Shown here piece after piece: positions 41,161 through 48,135 of a stretch of 64,000 nucleotides of DNA. The stretch is from positions 4,352 to 68,351 of the IMG/VR virus record IMGVR_UViG_3300006810_000040. The stretch is one strand, 5' to 3'. Each line of letters begins with the position of its first letter. Positions within the stretch are counted from its first letter, which is position 1. Under the pieces are notes generated by a model. That model was not told the DNA's origin, made no database searches, and saw only the letters and a list, made by a program, of their open reading frames with translations. The translations under genes were made by a program, and so were the position numbers. Source of the stretch: a virus.

Positions 41161-41427
41161 CTACCGGCCGTCGATTTTGACATCCAGCTTCGCGTCCCAG
41201 CCCACAGCCCTGGCCATGCCACGCGCCAAGCGGCGGATGGCGTCGATGGTCTTGCCCCCGCGGCCGAGCAGGTAGCCCTTCACGGAGTCGGCGCACTCCA
41301 AGTAGAACAGGGCCTCGCCACGCGGGCCCTCGGCGTAGGTCACGTTCAAGGGCTCGCCAGCATCCAGCTGGCCCTTGGCGATGGTCGCGATGTAGGCCCG
41401 CACGTCATCGGCGTGGGTAGTCGGCAC
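41161..41427 (-). CDS. KhpA-like single KH-domain RNA-binding protein
   Basis: KGYLLGRGGKTIDAIRRLA (GxxG loop); 88 aa; GTG start with GGAG SD. Confidence 0.8.
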   Translation of the reverse strand: MPTTHADDVRAYIATIAKGQLDAGEPLNVTYAEGPRGEALFYLECADSVKGYLLGRGGKTIDAIRRLARGMARAVGWDAKLDVKIDGR

Positions 41428-41506
41428 GGCGTGTCTCCAGGACCCCCCAGGTGTAGCACGCCAACACCACGACGCGAAGCCCGCGGCCTGTACTCGACCC
41501 CCAAAT

Positions 41507-41652
41507 GTCCGCACTACCGTCCGCGGGGTGTCGGCACTTTCGTCCGCAGTCTGTCGGCACCCACCCTGAGTGATTACGGCTACTTGGCCGAAAAATGTCT
41601 GCACTTATGTCCGCACCTCTGCCGCACTACCGTCCGCACTACCGTCCGACAC
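41507..41652 (-). repeat. Phased box array B (inverted copy of array A); candidate iteron origin
   Basis: Reverse complement matches 37451-37595 with about 11 mismatches; adjacent AT-richer tract at 41658-41686; directly upstream of initiator and DnaB genes. Confidence 0.9.
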
Positions 41653-41717
41653 GCGCGTAGTAGAACATCTACATAGACATCTAGAACCCCCCTAAAGGCC
41701 CCCCAGGGGGCCAGAGT

Positions 41718-41747
41718 TTGACAGCTGGGGATCTTCCGAAGTAGAAC
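41718..41747 (+). promoter_or_regulatory. Possible promoter of the replication operon
   Basis: TTGACA-18 nt-TAGAAC. Confidence 0.35.
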
Positions 41748-41851
41748 CCCAAACACACCGACGGCCCGCGTGTGAAGCATGCGAGCCGTCTCATCGGACC
41801 CGAAAGGCCCGGCAGGCTCGGAGTTTAGCCCATGCAGAGGACCGCCTCAAC

Positions 41852-42847
41852 ATGAAGCCATGGGGCACCATCGACTGGAAGCATTGGCCAGCCAAGCGGC
41901 ACTGGCTGCTGGCGCTGCGGGTTCCATGGCACGAGTCAGACGTGATCACCGACCTCCGCTACTGGGACGAGGTCAGGCGAGCGGCAGCCGACGGCGAGCA
42001 CTTGCCGAAGCCACCTGGCTACCGCCGGCTGATGGCTGACTGGAGCTGGGGCGAGCGGCGCACCAGGTCGATGATGGCCAACGAGGGCCGGTGGAAGGAC
42101 TCCCTGCACCGCCGCCAGGAGGACACCCCGGTGGTCCAGGCCGCCAAGCGGCGCGTGGCCGCCCTGGAGCGCAAGCTCGCCGCTCTGGAGCAGCAGCTCG
42201 ACGACCAAGGCGGCGCTGGCGACGCGCCCAGCGCCGATGCGCGTGCGCGGCTGGTGGACGACTGCGTCGCTGAGCTGCAGAAGGTCTACCCGAAGCTGGC
42301 GAAGGAGGTCCTGGGCAAGAAGGTGGGGGCCACCTGGGGCCGTGGCGACGCCTTCCGCCAGCGCGTGACCCGGGCGATCGGCAAGACCCAGCGCTTCGCC
42401 AAGACCACAGGCCGCGAGCTCGACCCGGTCAACGTGTTCGTCATCCTGGCCGAGTGGGTGTTCTACGCCCCCGCGATGGAGGCCCAGGGCTACCGCGGCA
42501 CCGCGGATCCCATCGACGGCGTGCTGCGGCCGACGAAGCTGGAGCGCAACATCCAGGCCGCGCTCGACTGGCGCACCAACGGCAGCACGCGCGCTGAGCT
42601 CACCCCCAGCGGCCTGAGCAGCGAACAGAAGGCCAAGATGGCCGAGGCGTTCGCCCTGACCCTGCGCGCCTTGAGCAAGGGCCGCACCCACCGCATCACA
42701 GACGCGGACTTCGTTGGCCGAGAGGACGCCGAAGCCCTTGTCTCTGCAAGCCGCGCCATCGCCCAGCAGTCCTATGCGGGCGACGACCCCAAGTTCCTCA
42801 AGAAGACCTGGCTGGGCGTCTACGCGCAGCACCGGAGTGACGCATGA
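41852..42847 (+). CDS. Putative replication initiator
   Basis: Coupled to DnaB; HTH-like GYRRLMADWSWGERRTR; C-terminal VLRPTKLERNI resembles initiator C-termini. Confidence 0.55.
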   Translation: MKPWGTIDWKHWPAKRHWLLALRVPWHESDVITDLRYWDEVRRAAADGEHLPKPPGYRRLMADWSWGERRTRSMMANEGRWKDSLHRRQEDTPVVQAAKRRVAALERKLAALEQQLDDQGGAGDAPSADARARLVDDCVAELQKVYPKLAKEVLGKKVGATWGRGDAFRQRVTRAIGKTQRFAKTTGRELDPVNVFVILAEWVFYAPAMEAQGYRGTADPIDGVLRPTKLERNIQAALDWRTNGSTRAELTPSGLSSEQKAKMAEAFALTLRALSKGRTHRITDADFVGREDAEALVSASRAIAQQSYAGDDPKFLKKTWLGVYAQHRSDA

Positions 42848-44208
42848 GCGACGAGCGCACCTTCCCCCAGTCCCTGGACGCAGAGCGCGCGTGGCTGGGC
42901 GGCATCATGCTGATGGCGACCGCCGACAACATGGGCCCGGTCCTGGACCGCCTTGAGGGCTTCGACGGCGAGGACTTCTACGTCGCGGGGCACCAGCGGC
43001 TGCACGAGCTGATGCTGCACATGGCGCGCAAGGGCCAGCCCCCTGAGATGCTGGGCCTGGTTGACGAGATCATGGCCCGCGGCATCGTGGAAGCGGTCGG
43101 CGGCCTGGCCTACGTGTCCCAGCTGCCTGAGCTGGTGCCCAGCAGCGAGAACCTGAACTACTACGCGGACCTGGTCCGGGAGAAGGCCGCACGCCGTCGG
43201 GTGCTGGCGTTCGCGGCTAGCCTGACCGAGGCTGCCCACCGCGGCGACGAGGACATCAGCACCAGCCTGGACGCCGCCGAGGCCGGGTTCATGGCCCTGC
43301 GTGGCTGGGAGAAGCAGGGCGGCACCATGCTGAACGCCTCCCAGCTGTTCGCCAAGACCTACAACTGGGGCCGCGACAACTGGGAGCGGCAGAACCGCAT
43401 CCGGTCTCACTGGTGGGAGCTCAACCGGGACCTGGTCACCCTCCGGCCTACGTCCCTGGTCATCCTCGCGGCCCGGCCTGCGATGGGCAAGACCGCGTTC
43501 GCCCTGCAGCTCGTAGATGCCGCGGCCCGGCCCGAGATCAACCCCGACATGCACGGGGCCGGCGTGTTCAGCCTGGAGATGATGTCTGAGGCCCTGGGTG
43601 GGCGGATGGTCGCCCAGAACAGCAAGGTGCCCGGTCTCGCGATCATGAGCGGCCTGAAGGAGCAGCACCTACGCGACCGCTTCGACCAGGTCACCGCCGA
43701 GCTGGGCAACACCCTGATCATGGCCATCGACGACGACCCCAACCTGAGCATGGGCACGTTCCGCACCAAGTGCCGCAAGATGAAGGCGATGCTGAAGGGG
43801 CAGATGGCCCTGGTGGTGGTGGACTACCTGCAGCTGTTCAGCTTGCCCAGCGGCTCCGAGAACACATCGACCAAGGTGGGCATGGTCAGCCGGATGCTCA
43901 AGCTCGTCGCGAAGGAGATGAACGTCTGCGTCCTGTGCCTGTCGCAGCTCAACCGGAAGTGCGAGACGCGCGGCGACAGGCGGCCGATGATCTCCGACCT
44001 CCGCGACTCCGGGGCCATCGAGCAGGACGCCGACGCCATCCTGTTCCTCTACCGGGACGAGTACTACAACGCGAGCACCGAGGAGCCGGGCGTCTGCGAG
44101 GTCATCATCGCCAAGCAGCGCGGAGGCCCCACCGGCACCATCAAGCTGCACTGGAACGGACCCGCTACACGCTTCAGCGACCTGGTCGCGCCGCCCAGGG
44201 ACCAATGA
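42844..44208 (+). CDS. dnaB: Replicative DNA helicase
   Basis: PQSLDAER, AARPAMGKT, FSLEM, VVDYLQL, LSQLNR, DLRDSGAIEQDAD, IAKQRGGPTG. Confidence 0.97.
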   Translation: MSDERTFPQSLDAERAWLGGIMLMATADNMGPVLDRLEGFDGEDFYVAGHQRLHELMLHMARKGQPPEMLGLVDEIMARGIVEAVGGLAYVSQLPELVPSSENLNYYADLVREKAARRRVLAFAASLTEAAHRGDEDISTSLDAAEAGFMALRGWEKQGGTMLNASQLFAKTYNWGRDNWERQNRIRSHWWELNRDLVTLRPTSLVILAARPAMGKTAFALQLVDAAARPEINPDMHGAGVFSLEMMSEALGGRMVAQNSKVPGLAIMSGLKEQHLRDRFDQVTAELGNTLIMAIDDDPNLSMGTFRTKCRKMKAMLKGQMALVVVDYLQLFSLPSGSENTSTKVGMVSRMLKLVAKEMNVCVLCLSQLNRKCETRGDRRPMISDLRDSGAIEQDADAILFLYRDEYYNASTEEPGVCEVIIAKQRGGPTGTIKLHWNGPATRFSDLVAPPRDQ

Positions 44209-44591
44209 TGAAGACGGACGCCCAGCTGCGCGCCAAGATCCGACGCTTGCGCTACGGCGAGTGGCCGGAGCCCCAGGCCGTCAGCGTGGACAGCATCGAC
44301 CAGGGCGAGGCCGTGGCCATCCCCTACATCGTGCTGGCCTACCTGCGCGAGCCCTGGGAGTACCTGGCCGCGGTCTGGCTGTTCGCACGCGCCCCGCGCC
44401 GGGCCATCACGGTCAAGCACCTCGGCGGCTACCTCGGCGAGGTATGGGGCTGCTCGTCCACCGAGGCCCGCGACTTCCTGCGCAGGATGGACGCCCTGGG
44501 CGTCATCGAGCTGCGCAGCATCACCCAGAAGGGCCACCGCTACGTGTGGCGGATCACCTTCGGCCGCGAGACAGTGGACGCCGCCGACTGA
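44205..44591 (+). CDS. Winged-helix-like protein
   Basis: WGCSSTEARDFLRRMDALGVIEL; start overlaps the dnaB stop. Confidence 0.6.
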   Translation: MMKTDAQLRAKIRRLRYGEWPEPQAVSVDSIDQGEAVAIPYIVLAYLREPWEYLAAVWLFARAPRRAITVKHLGGYLGEVWGCSSTEARDFLRRMDALGVIELRSITQKGHRYVWRITFGRETVDAAD

Positions 44592-44629
44592 CTTGCTTAC
44601 ACTCGGGACACTGAACGCCTCGACGGAGG
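44575..44629 (+). promoter_or_regulatory. Sigma70-like promoter plus conserved leader box
   Basis: TGGACG-17 nt-TACACT-9 nt-GAACGCCTCGACGGAGG. Confidence 0.7.
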
Positions 44630-44635
44630 AACCCT

Positions 44636-45115
44636 ATGCAGCTCGACCCCACTGATGTCCGCGTGCGCTTGCGGGAGCAGCGAGAACGCAGCGGCCTCAG
44701 CTTCCAGGACCTGGCCGACTTCGGCTGTCCGCGCGCCAGCGTGGTCCAGCTCGAGAGCGGGCGCAACCGCCTGCTGTTGGATCTGGTGGTTCGGATGGCC
44801 CATGCCTACGGCACGACGCTGGAGCACCTGCTCTATGGCGACGCGGACATGGCCACGGCCCCACCCGGCTACTGGCCCGACGACTTCGACGAGTTCGTGG
44901 ACGGCTACCTGGACCAGGTCCGGGCCCGCCTGGATGCCGCAGTCCGGGCGTCGGCAAGAACGAAGACCTACCTGAGCAGCGAAGCCGGGTTCGGGAACCA
45001 CCGCATGAGTCTGTACTTCGTAGTGCGTGGCGAACGACCGCTGCGCGTGCCCCCGCTGGTCGCCCTGGCCACGCTGGAAGACCTGGACCCCATGGACCTG
45101 TTGAGGATTAGCTGA
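44636..45115 (+). CDS. Transcriptional regulator with two tandem XRE-type HTH domains
   Basis: RLREQRERSGLSFQDLA...VQLESG...TTLEHLL, and a second degenerate copy ending RGERPLRVPPLVALA...DPMDLL. Confidence 0.8.
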   Translation: MQLDPTDVRVRLREQRERSGLSFQDLADFGCPRASVVQLESGRNRLLLDLVVRMAHAYGTTLEHLLYGDADMATAPPGYWPDDFDEFVDGYLDQVRARLDAAVRASARTKTYLSSEAGFGNHRMSLYFVVRGERPLRVPPLVALATLEDLDPMDLLRIS

Positions 45116-45528
45116 TGCCCAAGTACCGAGTGCTCTATGTGCCCCGTGGGTCGTGGGAATGCGTTGTGGACGCCGCCGACGCCGCCGAGGCCGCCACCGC
45201 GGCCGAAACCGCGTTCTACGCCGAGTGCGACCACGACGGCGACTGGGATCCTGGCAAGCCATGCCTGGTTTCTGATGACACCGCCGTCACGCATACGGGC
45301 GAGGCCGCCACCGCGGCGTTCTACGCCGACGGCGAGTGGGATCCTGGCAAGCCATGCGACGCCGAGGCGGCATTCCGCGCGAAGTTCGCGCGCGCGATGG
45401 CCATGATGGACGGCCCGCCCATCGTGGTGCTCGATGATCCAGCCCCAAGGGCAAAGCGCGTGTCCCTTGACGACTTGAGGCCCCCAACGCCCGATGCGGA
45501 CAGCTGCATCGGCAGCCACCGCCCATGA
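45115..45528 (+). CDS. Hypothetical protein with internal duplication
   Basis: EAATAA..FYA..DG.WDPGKPC occurs twice; coupled on both sides. Confidence 0.6.
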   Translation: MPKYRVLYVPRGSWECVVDAADAAEAATAAETAFYAECDHDGDWDPGKPCLVSDDTAVTHTGEAATAAFYADGEWDPGKPCDAEAAFRAKFARAMAMMDGPPIVVLDDPAPRAKRVSLDDLRPPTPDADSCIGSHRP

Positions 45529-46811
45529 GCGGCCCCCTGATCCTGGACAAGACCGCCATCCGACTTCCCTCCGACTTGAGGCTCAAGCTGGTCATGGAGG
45601 ACCCGGAGGCCCTGGCCCTGGCCCTCCTCGAGGCGCTGGGTGACATCGGTGAGTTTGCGGAGCCCCAGAACGACAACTTCGCTCTGCGCGCGGCGCTGTT
45701 CCGCGCGTGCGAGCTCGCCATCGCGCACCGCAAGGCGGACGTGCGGGTCCTGGGGACCGCTGAGGCGTTCGTCCGGTCCTTCGGCGAAGACGGGATGCTG
45801 GAGCAGGTCATCCGCGGCGTGTCGCTGAGCCTGCACGACGGCACGCTGTACCAGCGCACCAAGCGCGTCCACAACGGCAACGAGTGGGTCGAAGAGGTGG
45901 AGCCCAGCCCACACCGAGCGTTCCTCAAGGCCGCGGCCTACGACCGCCTGAACGGGACCGCTGGCTGCACCGTGGTCATGCCTAAACGGGTCGCCTACGA
46001 CGGCGAAGAGGTGCCCAACCCCCACCGGGTGCGGCTGCGCCGCGGCGACGGACGCCTGGGTGAGGTGGAACTGGTCGTCATGGCTGTGCGGGTCATCGGA
46101 ATGAGCCCCATGACGGGTGCCCCTGCGGTCCTGGACTACACCCTGGAGTACCAGCCGATGGTCGAGCTGCGCGCCGCCCTGCAGGAGCTCAGCGAGTCCG
46201 CGATCCACGCCGAGAGCGCGGCCGTTCAGATGGTGAGCGAGGACGACCTACGCCGGCAACCCGGCTGGCGCTACATCCCGCTGGCAGGGGGCGTTGGGTA
46301 CGTCTGCCAGCTCAGCCATGCAGCAGTGCGTCGGTGCTTCACCCGGTACGCACGCACCAACGCCGACGCCATCCGTTGGGCCAGCACCTACGCCCGGCGC
46401 AACGCGCTGCGCGCTCACCCGGCGTTCGCTGGGGTGTCCAACGTCGCCATCGACCGCAACGGGCACGCCCTGGTCCCGATGGTGGGGTGGACGGGCGACG
46501 CCGCGGCGATGACTGCGTGGCAGCGGCTGGTCCAGGCCCTGGTCGCAGGCGAGGCCCCGCCTGCGGACGTGGAACACGTCGAACTGCAGGAGCAAGTCGA
46601 GCTCACGGACGTGGAGCCCGAGACGGCCGCGCCGATCACGACCCCAGAGGAGCAGGAGATGCTGCGCAAGAACGCCCTGATCGAGCAGATCGATGCGCTG
46701 ATGATCAGGCTGCCCGCCTCCCGGCTTCGGGCGGCCATCCCCCCCGGCTACCCCGCGGACCTGTCGGAAGACGACCTGGCCGCCCTTCTCTCCAGCCTTC
46801 AGGAGGACTGA
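45525..46811 (+). CDS. Hypothetical protein, possibly single-strand annealing recombinase
   Basis: RWASTYARRNALR resembles annealase C-terminal motifs; recombination-gene context; assignment tentative. Confidence 0.45.
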   Translation: MSGPLILDKTAIRLPSDLRLKLVMEDPEALALALLEALGDIGEFAEPQNDNFALRAALFRACELAIAHRKADVRVLGTAEAFVRSFGEDGMLEQVIRGVSLSLHDGTLYQRTKRVHNGNEWVEEVEPSPHRAFLKAAAYDRLNGTAGCTVVMPKRVAYDGEEVPNPHRVRLRRGDGRLGEVELVVMAVRVIGMSPMTGAPAVLDYTLEYQPMVELRAALQELSESAIHAESAAVQMVSEDDLRRQPGWRYIPLAGGVGYVCQLSHAAVRRCFTRYARTNADAIRWASTYARRNALRAHPAFAGVSNVAIDRNGHALVPMVGWTGDAAAMTAWQRLVQALVAGEAPPADVEHVELQEQVELTDVEPETAAPITTPEEQEMLRKNALIEQIDALMIRLPASRLRAAIPPGYPADLSEDDLAALLSSLQED

Positions 46812-47662
46812 TGCCCAGATCCACCCGCGAACGCATGATCGACAACATGGTGAAGACCTACGGGGCAGCGCGGGCTGCCGCGTTCATCCGGGGGCTCGAG
46901 GAAGGACGCTCTGCAGCCTCGCTGGCGACTGAGCTGGGTGTCACCCGCCAGCGCGCCAACCAGTGGGCCGACGCCTTCGGGACGCGCGTCACCATCTACA
47001 CGCCCCATCCCGAGGTCACCGAAGCGCTCAAGCGCGCCGCAATGAGTTCGCGTCGCGCCATCCCCGAGTATGAGGGGTTGTACGAGGTCAGCACGGACGG
47101 TGTCGTTCATTCCTTGGAGCGCACCGTGCAGCGCACCGACGGAAGCACTCAGCGTGTCCGTGGGCGGGCTCTACGGGCAACCACCAACGGTGACGGTTAC
47201 CTCATGGCTTCACGTTGGGTGATGCAACGGGTGGTAGACCCACAGCGGGGAGACTGCTACCGCGCAGCAGTTGCGTCGGCGCTGGGGCTTGCACTTGACT
47301 CTGTCCCAGAGAGTGTGGGCGAGCCGGGTGAATTCGCCGAGTTCCTACGTGTTCTTGGTCTCTGCGGGGTGACGTTGAGGGACAGCCACCTCAAAGCCGA
47401 GCCCCCCGGCTATGGTGGCGTCAATTGGGATGCGCGAGTCTTGGTCCAATATGACCACGCTCAGGGTTCACTCGCCCTGGCAAGCGTCCCATCTCAGCGG
47501 TATCCTGGGCAATGGCACGCCATTGTGGTTGGATTCGTTCTTCAGACTGGAGGATGGGTCGAGGTTAAGTGCCTTCACGACCCCAACCCCAGCAATAAGC
47601 CCTACGACATGTCCACCACAAGGATCCGGAGACTCACGTTTATACTTCCGGCGGCCAAGTAG
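46811..47662 (+). CDS. In-frame fusion HTH + NUMOD4 + papain/C39-like peptidase domain
   Basis: LATELGVTRQRANQW (HTH); IPEYEGLYEVSTDG (NUMOD4, own ATG at 47042); Q...GDC, WHAIV, HDPNP (Cys-His-Asp, own ATG at 47222). Confidence 0.65.
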   Translation: MPRSTRERMIDNMVKTYGAARAAAFIRGLEEGRSAASLATELGVTRQRANQWADAFGTRVTIYTPHPEVTEALKRAAMSSRRAIPEYEGLYEVSTDGVVHSLERTVQRTDGSTQRVRGRALRATTNGDGYLMASRWVMQRVVDPQRGDCYRAAVASALGLALDSVPESVGEPGEFAEFLRVLGLCGVTLRDSHLKAEPPGYGGVNWDARVLVQYDHAQGSLALASVPSQRYPGQWHAIVVGFVLQTGGWVEVKCLHDPNPSNKPYDMSTTRIRRLTFILPAAK

Positions 47663-47721
47663 ATGGGCTGGTCTGGGTCCTTTGATGCGGCGTTGGCTGC
47701 GGGTGGCAAGCCCCGGTTCTG
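47207..47721 (+). mobile_element. 515-bp insertion interrupting a NUMOD4-HNH gene
   Basis: Removing it restores NGDGYLM-VSLSKGG; TGG repeated at both junctions; lower GC3 than neighbours. Confidence 0.7.
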
Positions 47722-48078
47722 GTGAGCCTAAGCAAGGGCGGCGTTCGTAGCCCACGCTACGTTCATCACCTCGTGCTGCTCGCCCACGAAGGCGAGCGCC
47801 CAGACGGCCAACAGGTCCGCCACCTGGACGGCAACCCAGCCAACAACCAGCTGGCCAACCTCTGCTACGGCACGCCCCGCGAGAACCAGGCGGACCGGGT
47901 CCGCCACGGCACTCACTGCCGCGGCTCGCAGCATCCCCAGTCCAAACTCACCGAGGAGGATGTGGCCGAGATTCGCCGCCTGGGCGACCAGCGCCACGCT
48001 GCGCTCGCCAAGCGCTTCGGGGTCCAGCGCAACACCATCTCCAGAATACTCCAACGCAAGAGTTGGACCCACGTTTGA
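47722..48078 (+). pseudogene. Separated C-terminal half of NUMOD4-HNH homing endonuclease
   Basis: YVHHLVL, VRHLDGNPANNQLANLCYGTPREN, SKLTEEDVAEIR plus HTH. Confidence 0.8.
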
Positions 48079-48135
48079 CTTCACCCTCAGCTTACAGTAG
48101 CACTACGCACAGCCGTGTACCGCCGGAGGCATGAA

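Noticed and set aside
45180-45360. Near-duplicate as a DGR template/variable repeat pair
   Set aside because: Differences are deletions rather than adenine-specific substitutions, and there is no reverse transcriptase in the window.
47207-47721. Insertion as group I/II intron, intein, IS or integron cassette
   Set aside because: The ORF fills all but about 75 nt, leaving no room for a ribozyme; it has a stop and shifts frame; no transposase or terminal repeats; a GTTRRRY is present but no matching attC.
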